DNA of 63,280 bases, filler included, from Octopus bimaculoides (GCF_001194135.2; 5 parts of 4 records of this genome joined end to end with filler, not necessarily neighbours in it), one strand, 5' to 3'. Counted from the whole stretch's first letter, positions 24,366 through 36,327 are shown. Notes: generated by a model not told the origin, from the letters alone. A program made the numbers and translations.

Positions 24366-24428
24366 TAGGGTCTGAAGACATGGTATAAAGCTAAGTGCTT
24401 TATGGACGCGAAACCCTGGGTAACCCCA
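24366..24428 (+). ncRNA. Type I hammerhead motif, family B
   Basis: GGGT/CTGAAGA(24372-78)/..ATAAAGC-TAAGT-GCTTTAT../GAA/ACCCTGGGT/A(24422)/ACCC. Base of stem II imperfect. Confidence 0.6.
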
Positions 24429-24596
24429 TAGACTGGCCATAACTATCTTTATCTAACTACTCTGCTGTGTACTTCTCTTTTGGATTTATGATTTACCAAC
24501 GATATATATATATATATATATACTATTTTACTATTTTAACTATTTAAAAATGTTTCAGCTGCAAAGCTGCAGTCATGCTGGAGCACCACCATTGAC

Positions 24597-24850
24597 TGAG
24601 CTGCACCATTATTTGGAACCTCCTCTAATATGTGACATTTGGTCAATGAAGGAGTTTGATACTGCTGCCCTCAGCTGTGTTTCCTGCCGTGGGGTAGGTT
24701 CGTCTGGAACCGACAACGGGAAGAGATCCAGTTTTGTTTTAAAGACACTTACATCCACACCATGCAGGTCTCTGAGGCATTTTGGGAGGATATTAAAGAG
24801 CTGTGCGCCCTTGAAGCCCAAGCTGTTGCAGTATCTGGTCCTGTATTTTG
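24597..24850 (-). mobile_element. CR1-like LINE 3' end
   Basis: KYRTRYCNSLGFKGAQLFNILPKCLRDLHGVDVSVFKTKLDLF..VPDEP; homologous to 49985-50640. Confidence 0.8.
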
Positions 24851-24940
24851 AAGGCGATATATATTTATATACACCCCCCACACACACAAATACATGCACA
24901 CACACATACATACTTACATGCTTACACACATACATACACA

Positions 24941-24974
<34 letters not shown>

Positions 24975-26098
24975 TCATTATCATCATTTAATGTCCATTG
25001 TTCATGCTGGCTTGGGTTGGATGGTTTGACAAAAGCTGGTAAGCTGAAGGGCTGCACCAGTATCCAGTCTAATTTGGCATGGTTCCTATGGCTGCATGCT
25101 CTTCCTAATGCTAATCACTCTGAGAGTTTAATGGGTGTTTTTATGTGCCATTGGCACGGGTGCCAGTTGCGTGATACCAATATCTGCCACAACTATGGTT
25201 ATACTTGACATGCCTCCATGAGGCCCATTTTGACATTTTTAACTGCTTTAAAAAAGTATTGACTATTTTCCTTTTATTTTCTTTTATTTGTTCCAGTCAT
25301 TTGACTGTGGTCATGCTGGAGCACCACCTTTAGTCAAAGAAATTGACCCCAGGACATATTCTTTGTAAGCCTAGTACTTATTCTATTGTTCTCTTTCGCT
25401 GAACCACTAGGTTACGAGGACATAAACACACCAAAATCGGTTGTCAAGTGATGGTGGGGGGGGGGACAAATACATACTTACACAATGGGTTTCTTTCAGT
25501 TTCCATCTACCAAATTCACCCACAAGGCTTTGCTCAGCCTGAGGCTATAGAACATGCTTGCCCAAGGTGCCACACAAAGGAACTGAACCCAGAACCATGT
25601 GGTTGGTAAACAAGCTTCTTTCCACACAGCCACTCCTATTGTCACAAAGAATTTTGACCATAGCAATATTATCCCTTGCTATCCAGGTGATAAGTCCAAA
25701 CAGCTGAAATCATTTATTTTTTTTTAGGTAGAAAGATATAATATCCCATTATAAAGACCATACTTAGTTTATCAGTTGTTAGCATTGTTAGCCTAAGAGA
25801 AAAAATAAGTCCTAAGTGCAGTAAAAACACATAAAGTTGTTGCACTTGATGGCATTCTAGGATAAGTTCTACAGATATGCGCAAATCAATGAAAATGAGT
25901 TATACAAAATAAGGTAAAAAAAAATCAGCTATATCAGTAAATGATATACTTTCCTATGAGCAATAAAATAAAACTAATCTTCAATGCAGATAAAAAAGAT
26001 TTACAAGGTTTCAAAAATATAGATGGAAACTAAAAGTAAAGTGAAAATTACTTTCAGCATAACCAACCTGTTTATATATATATATATATATATATATG

Positions 26099-26785
26099 TA
26101 GACCCAAGAAGACCTGGGATGAGGGGGTGAAGCGTGACCTTTGAACATTGGACCTCACCGAGGCAATGACAAGTCACCAAGACCTTTAAAGATATGTTGT
26201 ACTTGGAAGACTCGGCAAGCCAAGTGAGACCATGACCGTGGCATATGCCAGTGGTGTATAACCATCCCATTTAAGAGTACTTTTCAATCATTGGGCAATA
26301 AACTGTGCTTGTGAAGACCTGTTGAGTCAAGTGAAATCATTGTCATGGCTGATGACAGTACCACCAGATTGGATACCCATGCCAGTGGAACATAAAAAGC
26401 ACTATTCGAGCATGATCACTGCCAGTGTTGCCTGACTGGCTCCTGTGCTGGTGGCACATGGAAAACAACATTTGAGTATGGTCATTGCCAGTGCTGCCTC
26501 ACTGGCTCCTGTGCCGGTGGCATGTAAAAAGCACCATTTCAGCGTGGTCAATGACAGTACCGCCTGACTGGCCCTCATGCCGGTGGCACGTAAAAAGCAC
26601 CCACTACACTCTTGGAGTGGTTGGCGTTAGGAAGGGCATCCAGCTGTAGAAACTCTGCCAGATCAAACTGGAGCCTGGTACAGCCTTCTGGCTTGCCAGT
26701 CCTCAGTCAAAACTGGCCAACCCATGGCAGCATGGAAAGCAGATGTTAAAAGACGACGATGACGACGATGATGATGATGATGATA
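26099..26785 (+). mobile_element. RTE LINE 3' end with tandem stem-loop UTR and (GAT)n tail
   Basis: ..RPKKTWDEGVKRDL ORF end, then about 4 repeat units, then AGCATGGAAAGCAGATGTTAAA(GAC/GAT)n. Confidence 0.85.
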
Positions 26786-27884
26786 TATATAACTATATAT
26801 ATGTATATAATTAAATAAGTGGAGTTAAACTCAGATGCTATTCAAATTTTTATACTTCCATCAAATGCTTCGAAGAAAACGTTGATATTATTCCGTCTGT
26901 TGTGGCTATTTGAAGTGTGTTTACTAAATATATATATATATATATATATATTCGCATACATACATACATATATATACTCTTTTACTTGTTTCAGTCTTTT
27001 GACTGGCCATGCTGGAGCACCACCTTTAGTCGAGCAAATCGACCCCAGGACTTATTCTTTAGAAGCCTAGTACTTATTCTATCGGTCTCTTTTGCCGAAC
27101 CGCTAAGTTACGGGGACATAAACACACCAGCATCGGTTGTCAAGCGATGTTGGGGGGACAAACACAGACACACAAACACATACACACATACATATATATA
27201 TATATACATATATACGNNNNNNNNNNNNNNNNNNNNNNNNNNNNNNNNNNNNNNNNNNNNNNNNNNNNNNNNNNNNNNNNNNNNNNNNNNNNNNNNNNNN
27301 NNNNNNNNNNNNNNNNNNNNNNNNNNNNNNNNNNNNNNNNNNNNNNNNNNNNNNNNNNNNNNNNNNNNNNNNNNNNNNNNNNNNNNNNNNNNNNNNNNNN
27401 NNNNNNNNNNNNNNNNNNNNNNNNNNNNNNNNNNNNNNNNNNNNNNNNNNNNNNNNNNNNNNNNNNNNNNNNNNNNNNNNNNNNNNNNNNNNNNNNNNNN
27501 NNNNNNNNTGTATGTATATATGTATGTATGTATGTATATATACATATACATATATATATATACACACACACACACACATATATATATATACACATATATG
27601 TATACATATATATATAAGGACATATACATATAAATGTGCATACAAACATACAGATATATACACACAAAGAAATATGCATGAACAAATACAAAGAGTCTTA
27701 AACATTTTTCTAGATTTTCTGCTTCTCTGAGTGTGTTTCATTTTGTATCAGTTTACACAACAGAATAAGAATGTGGTCAACACCCACGTCCACATGAACA
27801 AATGACCAAAATGACATGCACAAATAATGATAATCTCATGCAAACAAATTCATTTATTTTCTACATGAATTTATTGCTGACTCC

Positions 27885-27917
<33 letters not shown>

Positions 27918-27984
27918 AGTGTATGCGTGTGTGTGTGTGTGCGTGCGTGTGTGCATGCGTGTGTGCGTGCGTGTGTGTGTGAGC

Positions 27985-28017
<33 letters not shown>

Positions 28018-28029
28018 GATATATCATTC

Positions 28030-28478
28030 TGCTTATGAAGACCTATTGAGGCAAGTGAAATCAAATCAAAATTGCTGACATGGCCGATTACGGTGCCGCC
28101 TGACTGGCTCTTGTGCCAGTGGAATGTTAAAAGCACATCCAAGCATGATCGTTGCCAGGGCGACGGATTGGCTCCCATGCCGGTGGCACGTAAAAAGCAC
28201 CATTCAAGCGTGATTGTTGCTTGTGTCACCTTACTGGCACAAGTGCTGGTGGCACGTGAAAACAACATTCAAGCGTGGTCATTGCTAGTACCACTTCACT
28301 GGCTCCCGTGCAGGTAGCATGTAAAAAACACCTTTTGAGTGTGGTCATTGCCAGAACCGCCTGACTGGCACTCATGCCAGTGGCACACAAAAAGCATCCA
28401 CTACACTCTCAGAGTGGTTGGCATTAGGAAGGGCATCCAGCTGTAGAAGCCTTGCCAAATCAGACTGGAGCCAGGTGC
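28030..28478 (+). mobile_element. RTE LINE 3' UTR fragment with about 5 tandem units
   Basis: Same units and same AAGCATCCACTACACTCTCAGAGTGGTTGG tail. Confidence 0.8.
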
Positions 28479-28522
28479 NNNNNNNNNNNNNNNNNNNNNN
28501 NNNNNNNNNNNNNNNNNNNNNN

Positions 28523-28534
28523 TTAATTAATTAA
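28523..28534. other. Assembly spacer TTAATTAATTAA inside an N-gap (also 35884-35895, 53302-53313, 60219-60230)
   Basis: Identical 12-mer with stops in all frames, embedded in N runs four times; not biological sequence. Confidence 0.95.
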
Positions 28535-28644
28535 NNNNNNNNNNNNNNNNNNNNNNNNNNNNNNNNNNNNNNNNNNNNCGTGTGTGTCTGTATATGTATA
28601 TATAGGTGTGTGTGTGTCTATATATACCTATATATCTATATTAT

Positions 28645-28701
<57 letters not shown>

Positions 28702-29056
28702 TATATACATATATATACATACAGTATGGCCACAGTCTAATTATTGAAATAAAACATATAAATATATATGTAAATAAATACACACACATATACACACACA
28801 CACACGCATACACATGGATATATGCATATTTTTTACTTTTTATCCTTTACTTGTTTCTGATTTTAGACTGCGACCATGCTGGGGCACTGCCTTGAAGAAC
28901 TTCAGTCAAACGAATCTCAGGTCTTATTTTTCCCTAAGCTTGGTACTTGCCCTTTCAGGTATTTTTTCCTTGACCTCTAAGTTACACGGATGTAAAGAAG
29001 CCACAATGGTTGTCAAGCAGTGATGGGTTGGCCATACACATACACACATTCACACA

Positions 29057-29100
<44 letters not shown>

Positions 29101-30080
29101 GTATATATAGTCTGTCATACCGGCCATGATGAAATACCACAAGGTATAGAAAATATGAAATACCACAAGGTATAGAAAATACATATTCGCCTTTATATAT
29201 TTATATATTTAATCCTTTATATTGAACACTCAATATTTCATCTATTCAATAAGACATATTCCATATATTCAATAAGACATTCAATACTTTATTTCATAGT
29301 ACCATCCATTTTTATTTTATTTTATATTATATATTGTATATTATATTATATATTGTATATTCCATATTCTATNNNNNNNNNNNNNNNNNNNNNNNNNNNN
29401 NNNNNNNNNNNNNNNNNNNNNNNNNNNNNNNNNNNNNNNNNNNNNNNNNNNNNNNNNNNNNNNNNNNNNNNNNNNNNNNNNNNNNNNNNNNNNNNNNNNN
29501 NNNNNNNNNNNNNNNNNNNNNNNNNNNNNNNNNNNNNNNNNNNNNNNNNNNNNNNNNNNNNNNNNNNNNNNNNNNNNNNNNNNNNNNNNNNNNNNNNNNN
29601 NNNNNNNNNNNNNNNNNNNNNNNNNNNNNNNNNNNNNNNNNNNNNNNNNNNNNNNNNNNNNNNNNNNNNNNNNNNNNNNNNNNNNNNNNNNNNNNNNNNN
29701 NNNNNNNNNNNNNNNNNNNNNNNNNNNNNNNNNNNNNNNNNNNNNNNNNNNNNNNNNNNNNNNNNNNNNNNNNNNNNNNNNNNNNNNNNNNNNNNNNNNN
29801 NNNNNNNNNNNNNNNNNNNNNCACTGTGTATAAACTCTGTATTTGGAATGACCAATTTCAAAGACTTGGATTTTACTCATAGGGTGTTGGAATCTTAATA
29901 ATAGATTTACAAATGCAATAACCAATCTTAAAGACTATTGGATCTTACTCATAAGGTATTGGAATCTTATATGTATACTATTCTGCCTAAACATTAGATT
30001 TACAAATACAATATTCCTACATTCACTCTCTATTTCCTATCTTATCTAAATTAACTATTGCTTAACCATCCTCTCACACC

Positions 30081-30128
30081 GTCTCCGATGAAGAGATATA
30101 ATAAATATCCTGGAAACAGCTGTAAGAC
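30081..30128 (+). ncRNA. Type I hammerhead motif, family C, CCGAUGA core variant
   Basis: GTCT / CCGATGA(30085-91) / AGAGATAT-AATAA-ATATCCTG / GAA / ACAGCTGT (perfect palindrome) / A (GUA) / AGAC. Confidence 0.65.
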
Positions 30129-30465
30129 CTATTTATAAATGTTCTATAATGCACACAGCCTTGATTTTTTTTTATCTTATTACGAATAGTAAATCCCTAT
30201 ATAGATATATATAAAGTTAGCTGAGTTAGAGGTTAAAATAACCATCTAAGGGAAGGAAGTATTCATTATACTACAGGTATAGTACCTATGTTTAACCATG
30301 GGCATACATATGTAAGCATGTTCGTAAATTATGGGTAAAGACAAGGATAAACATGAGTTTATCAAGTATCAGAATTCAAAAAAGACAGAAAATGGAGAAA
30401 TATTGATGAACAACGATTGGCTTACATCAATTATTATTTATTAATTCAATACAAATAGACTGCAT

Positions 30466-30585
30466 CCCATCTAACAGCTGTTTCTGCTTCCAATGTCGTA
30501 CGGTATTGCCATTGATATGCTAAAAATATTTATCATATTTGCTCATAAAACCGATCTGAAACATGGAGCTTCATCAGAGGGAAGA
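30466..30585 (-). ncRNA. Degenerate hammerhead-like motif with long stem II loop, bracketed by 46-bp inverted repeats (30385-30430, 30694-30739)
   Basis: Minus strand: CTGATGA-AGCTCCATG...CATTGGAAGCA-GAA-ACAGCTGT-T-AGATGGG; stem I weak. Confidence 0.4.
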
Positions 30586-30910
30586 GTAAAGAAAAATGAA
30601 AAGCCTAGAGAAGAAAAAGGAAAAGTTGAATGTGATTGTAATCATACCATTTTGCTCATGTATCTCTTTGGGGCATTAAGTAAATGACTAAACTTGATGT
30701 AAGTCAATTGTAGTTCATCAATATTTCTCCATTTTCTGTTTTCTTTAAATTTTATATATTTATATNNNNNNNNNNNNNNNNNNNNNNNNNNNNNNNNNNN
30801 NNNNNNNNNNNNNNNNNNNNNNNNNNNNNNNNNNNNNNNNNNNNNNNNNNNNNNNNNNNNNNNNNNNNNNNNNNNNNNNNNNNNNNNNNNNNNNNNNNNN
30901 NNNNNNNNNN

Positions 30911-30949
<39 letters not shown>

Positions 30950-31007
30950 GATAGATACATAGATAGATAGACAGACAGGCAGGCAGGCAGGCAGACAGGT
31001 AGGTAGG

Positions 31008-31045
<38 letters not shown>

Positions 31046-31449
31046 AACAGGTAGGTAGGTAGATAGATAGATAGATAGATAGATAGCTTGTATTTTTTAT
31101 TGAACCAGTGTGTGTATTCATCATTATTGGCACAATGACCCTCCCAAGACACAACAACACTCCCATGTCCTCTTCATGAAATCAATGCCAATGAGCTGGC
31201 AGAATCATTAGAGCCTGAAAGAAAAATGCTTTTACAACATTTGTTTCAACTCTATACATTCTGAGTTCGAATCCCACCTTTCAGAATCGATAAAATAAAG
31301 TAATGGAGATGACAGTATGAACCAAGTCCTTTTCTTTTCAACATATCTACCCATTCATGAAACGTCTTGTGGCTCATTGACAAGCTGGGAGAGGAGAACA
31401 ACTCCTTATAAACTTAGGCAGTGATGTTAGTTTCTTTTATTAACATAGA

Positions 31450-32420
31450 GGTGCAGGAGTGGCTGTGTGGTAAGATGCTTGTGATAAGAAGGCGGCGAGC
31501 TGGCAGAAACGTTCTGAGTTCAAATTCCGCTGAGGTCGACTTTGCCTTTCATCCTTTCGGGGTCGATAAATTAAGTACCAGTTACGCACTGGGGTCGATG
31601 TCACCGACTTACTCTCTTTGTCTGTCCTTGTTTGTCCCCTCTATGTTTAGCCCCCTGTGGGCAGTAAAGAAATAAGAAGCTTGCTTCCCAACCACATTGT
31701 TCCGGGTTCAGTCCCACTGACTTCTATTATAGCTCAGGCTGACCAAAACCTTATGAGTGGATTTGGAAACTGAAAGAAGTCAGTCATATATGTGTGTGTG
31801 TGTGTNNNNNNNNNNNNNNNNNNNNNNNNNNNNNNNNNNNNNNNNNNNNNNNNNNNNNNNNNNNNNNNNNNNNNNNNNNNNNNNNNNNNNNNNNNNNNNN
31901 NNNNNNNNNNNNNNNNNNNNNNNNNNNNNNNNNNNNNNNNNNNNNNNNNNNNNNNNNNNNNNNNNNNNNNNNNNNNNNNNNNNNNNNNNNNNNNNNNNNN
32001 NNNNNNNNNNNNNNNNNNNNNNNNNNNNNNNNNNNNNNNNNNNNNNNNNNNNNNNNNNNNNNNNNNNNNNNNNNNNNNNNNNNNNNNNNNNNNNNNNNNN
32101 NNNNNNNNNNNNNNNNNNNNNNNNNNNNNNNNNNNNNNNNNNNNNNNNNNATATATATATATATATATATACTTATATATATGTATGTATATATATATAT
32201 ATATATCATGTATGTATTTGTGTGTCTGTGTTTGTCCCCCCACCATTGCTTGACAACCGATGTTGGTGTGTTTATATCCCTGTAACTTAGCAGTATGGCA
32301 AAAGAGATGGCTAGAATAAGCGCAAGGCTTGCAAAGAATAAGTCCTGTGGTCGATTCGTTTGACTAAAGGCAATGCTTCAGCATGGCCACAGTCAAATGA
32401 GTGAAAGAAGAAAAAGAATA
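31450..32420 (+). mobile_element. OK-like SINE interrupted by an OR-like SINE (31482-31672)
   Basis: Host head GGAGTGGCTGTGTGG-TAAGATGCTTG resumes as TAAGAAGCTTG-CTTCCCAACCAC after the insert: 11-bp target duplication with 1 mismatch. Confidence 0.75.
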
Positions 32421-32972
32421 AAGGAAATAAAAGAATATTCTTACAGAATATTCATCAGAAAGAAAGAAAAAAAAACCACATCAAAAATAAAGAAAAAGAT
32501 CAAGTTATTGTGAAAAAAAAAACAAGAAAAGAAACAAAAAGCCCAGAGCCACCGAAAAAACTCAAAGAAATCAGAACACATAAATTCCAATCAACTCTTG
32601 TAAGCGTCAAATGTTATCCATTGAGGAGAAGGTCAAACTCCTGAATATATTTATTCTAGTCATGTGACATATAAATAAGTTGTAAAATAAATATTGATTC
32701 TAGTTTGTCATAGCTTGTTACAGAAATAGTTAGGAAGATGTTGAAAATAGATAAAAGAAAATATACATTGACAGAAAGTTATGATGTAATATTTTGTCTG
32801 GTAAATCTGGGAGGGGCTTTGTTGCACTCTGTATGTGTGTGTGTGTTTGTATATATATATATATATATACCGGAGTAAGCACATGAAATGTGCAACAAGG
32901 TGGAAAAAAGAGTACTCAAATACCAGAGGTAGAGTAATATGCTTTATTTAAAAGCAGCAGAAATATAACAAA

Positions 32973-33018
32973 AAAACCGTTACTCTGAGTTTCACGTTCC
33001 CGTTCATCGGACAGTTTT
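32973..33018 (-). ncRNA. Type I hammerhead motif, family D, complete fold
   Basis: AAAACTGT / CCGATGA / ACG-GGAA-CGT / GAA / ACT-CAG-AGT / A / ACGGTTTT. Stem I 8 bp, GNRA-capped stem II, GUA triplet. Confidence 0.75.
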
Positions 33019-33034
33019 GTTAGCCATTTCTAAC

Positions 33035-33080
33035 AAAACTGTCCGATGAACGGGAACGTGAAACTCAGAGTAACGTTTTT
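33035..33080 (+). ncRNA. Type I hammerhead motif, family D, mirror copy
   Basis: Identical to the minus copy except G>T at 33076, which puts a C-U mismatch in stem I; predicted cleavage 3' of A33072. Confidence 0.7.
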
Positions 33081-33301
33081 TTTGTTATATTTCTGCTGCT
33101 TTTAAATAAAGTATATATATATATATATATACATACATGTGGCTGTGTGGCAAGTAGCTTGCTTTCCAACCACATGGTTCCCAGTTCAGCCCCACTACGT
33201 GGCACCTTGGGTAAGTATCTTCTACTAAAGCCTCGAGCTGACCAAAGCTTTGTGAGTGGATTTAGTAGACAGAAACTGAAAGAAGCCCTTCATATATGTG
33301 T

Positions 33302-33337
<36 letters not shown>

Positions 33338-34059
33338 CTTATTTTGTACTTTATAAAATACTACAATTAGCTATCATTTTTGATGGCATGGGGCCAGCTA
33401 GTAAAAAATAAAATGATTGAAAAGACACAGAATTTTCTATTGCGTCCCAACGTAGTTTTAGGTCCAGTCTCACAACATGGCATCATCAGAAGGTGTCTTT
33501 TAACCCCAGGCTGAACAGTGCTTTGTGAATGAGTTTGAGAGACAGAAACTGAATAGAGGTCTGTTTTCTGTCTGCCTATAACTATCTGTTTATCTCCCTG
33601 TCTGCCTGCCTACCTACCAACCCACCTACCAACCTACCTACCTACCTACTCACCTACCTACCTACCTACCCACCTACTTACCTACCTACTCACCCGCCTG
33701 TCTGTCTCTCTCTGTAAGTATGTATATATATATATGTATATGTGTGTGTGCAAATGTGTGTGTGTGCACGCATGTGTGTGCACGTGCGCATTTTTGTGTT
33801 TCACCTTCCACTTGATAGCAAGTGTTGGTTTGTTTACATCCCCATAAGTTATAAGTTCGGCAAAAGAGACCAATAGAATAAGTACCAGACATTTGAAAAT
33901 GCCATTCTGGGATCAGCTTGTTCTTCTAAATACTTCAAGGTGTTGCCCCAGCATGGCGACAGTTCAATGACTGAATTAAGTAAAGGATGCCTTCAACTGA
34001 TACATGAATGACCACATTATGTCATTCGAATATGGCTACCATGGTCATATATATTCACA

Positions 34060-34551
34060 TTGATGGGCGACGCCAGTGCCGCCAGGCTAGCTCCCATGCC
34101 AGTGGCACGTAAAAGGCACCGTATGAGCATGGTCGATGCCAGTGCCACCTTACTGGCTCCCATGCTGGTGGCACGTAAAAGGCACCGTACGAGCATGGTC
34201 GATGCCAGTGCCACCTTACTGGCTCCCATGCTGGTGGCACGTAAAAGGCACCGTATGAGCATGGTCAATGCCAGTGCCACCTGACTGGCTCCCATGCTGG
34301 TGGCATGTAAAAAGTACCATTTGAGCGTGGTCATGCCAGTACCACCTGACTGGCCCCCGTGCTGGTGGCACATAAAAAGCACCCACTACACACTCAGAGT
34401 GGTTGGCATTAGGAAGGGCATCCAGGTGTAGAAACCTTGCCGGATCAGATTGTAGCGTGGTGCAGCCTCCTGGCTTGCCAGTCCGCAGTCAGACCATCCA
34501 AAACCCATGCCAGCATGGAAAGTGGACGTTAAACGATGATGATGATAATGA
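34060..34551 (+). mobile_element. RTE LINE 3' UTR with 66-bp tandem stem-loop array and (GAT)n tail
   Basis: GCCAGT unit starts at 34072, 34138, 34204, 34270, 34335 (GCCAGTACC in the last); standard RTE tail follows. Confidence 0.85.
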
Positions 34552-34812
34552 NNNNNNNNNNNNNNNNNNNNNNNNNNNNNNNNNNNNNNNNNNNNNNNNN
34601 NNNNNNNNNNNNNNNNNNNNNNNNNNNNNNNNNNNNNNNNNNNNNNNNNNNNNNNNNNNNNNNNNNNNNNNNNNNCTCCCTTAGAGTCTTTGTGAAGGGA
34701 TTTTTTAAGCGAAATATTGGCCAGAACTAAATATTTCACAGATTGTATTTCAGTGTTCTTTTTCTTTTTATATTTGATTCTCTGTCTGTCTTGCTACAGC
34801 TTTCTATCACAC

Positions 34813-34860
<48 letters not shown>

Positions 34861-35694
34861 ACACACACACACAGAGGCATACACACAAACAGATTCATAC
34901 ACAGACCAACAGCGACACATACACACACGTATGCAGACATATCTGTGAACCTGTTTATTTGCCATATATCTCATGAGACATACCATACCAGCATCCTTTC
35001 ACTTAGAAATAGGTGTAAGTAGGTGTGTGAGGGAAGGAGAGAGAGAGAGGGGGGAGAGAGAGGGGGAGGAAGAGAGGGGGGAGAGAGGGTGATGTGTATG
35101 TGTTAGTGTGCGAATGCACACGCGAGCGTGCATGCATGTGTGTGTGTGTGTGTGAATGCGTGTGTGTGTGTGAATGCGTGTGTAAGTGTAAGATATACCA
35201 TTTCTACACATCATTGATGTGTGATAGGGAATATCAGAAATTTATCAAAGTGTGTGATAATTGCTATCAAGAATATATCAAAAAACAGCTGACACCCCAT
35301 TTTAAGTTTGATAAATGCAAGCACGAGTGTTTATATATGTATGTATATATATATAATCAAAATAAGCAACAAGAATATCCAAAGTTAAAGCAGTACGATC
35401 GTTTCATGCGACTCCATTTATTTAAGCAATGTGAACATTACATCAAATATAAAATGTAGAGCAATCTTCAGTTGCACAAAGATATAGAAATTTACTGAGA
35501 TTTCATTTCAACAGAAAGGCTTAGCCTGTATGGTCTGGCTAAGTCGAAAGGGTTTTTTTGTATTCTTCCTTTCTACTTGGAGAGTTTAAGTATAGTTATG
35601 AAAATATGTCCTTCTGTTGAAATGAAATTTCAGTAAATTTCAGTAAATTTCTATATCTTTGTGCAGCTGAGGATTGTTCTGCATTTTATATTTG

Positions 35695-35839
35695 ATGAGG
35701 AGGATAGCTGCGTGAAAAAGTGCCACACCCTAACAGTTGAGGGAACCCGTGGAAGAGGTAGGCCCAGGAAGACCTGGGCTGAGGTGGTGAGGCAAGACCT
35801 TCGTACATTGGGCCTCACCGAGGCGATGACTACGGACCG
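35695..35839 (+). mobile_element. RTE LINE ORF C-terminal fragment
   Basis: DEEDSCVKKCHTLTVEGTRGRGRPRKTWAEVVRQDLRTLGLTEAMTTD; runs into a gap. Confidence 0.85.
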
Positions 35840-35939
35840 NNNNNNNNNNNNNNNNNNNNNNNNNNNNNNNNNNNNNNNNNNNNTTAATTAATTAANNNNN
35901 NNNNNNNNNNNNNNNNNNNNNNNNNNNNNNNNNNNNNNN

Positions 35940-36311
35940 TCTAATTGATGTATCAATACCAGCAGATGACAACGTTTCTCTAAAAGAAATGGAAAAACTT
36001 TCAAAATACAAAGACCTGGAAATAGAGGGAACTCGAATGTGGAATCTAAAAACAGAAACAATTCCTATCATAGTAGGTGCATTAGGTATGTTAAAAAATA
36101 TTCATACAAATACATAACAAAAACACCAGGACTTACAAATATATATAACATACAGAAAATTGCACTACTGGGCACTGCACACATTCTACGCAAAACACTT
36201 TCAATACAGTAACCATAAGAGCATCACAGCAAGCCACAGCACATACCCAAGGCACACAGAGCTGAGCTCGGTAGTGAAGTGAAAGCACGTTATAAAAATA
36301 AAACTACTGAA
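35940..36311 (+). mobile_element. R4/Dong retrotransposon 3' end (copy 1)
   Basis: LIDVSIPADDNVSLKEMEKLSKYKDLEIE...IPIIVGALGM...IQKIALLGTAHILRKTLSIQ* (restriction-like endonuclease end), UTR, then (TAA)n. Confidence 0.85.
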
Positions 36312-36327
36312 CGATAATAATAATAAT

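Larger units (their letters stand above)
32869..33111. mobile_element. 243-bp Penelope-like solo terminal repeat with inverted partial copy (family D), inserted in (TA)n
   Basis: Arms 32942-33023 and 33030-33111 (82 bp, 1 mismatch, spacer CCATTT); (TA)n on both flanks. Confidence 0.75.

Noticed and set aside
26350-26600. Regularly spaced palindromic repeats resembling a CRISPR array (also 28070-28400, 34072-34390)
   Set aside because: No unique spacers; the whole unit repeats and lies in an RTE 3' UTR of a eukaryote; no cas genes.
28523-28534. TTAATTAATTAA islands within gaps
   Set aside because: Scaffolding spacer artefact; adjacency across these gaps should not be trusted.
14077-33111. 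Retrozyme or circular-RNA interpretation of the paired hammerheads
   Set aside because: Circle formation needs same-strand direct repeats; the close pairs here are inverted. The same-strand family B copies at 22829 and 24372 are separated by unrelated repeats.
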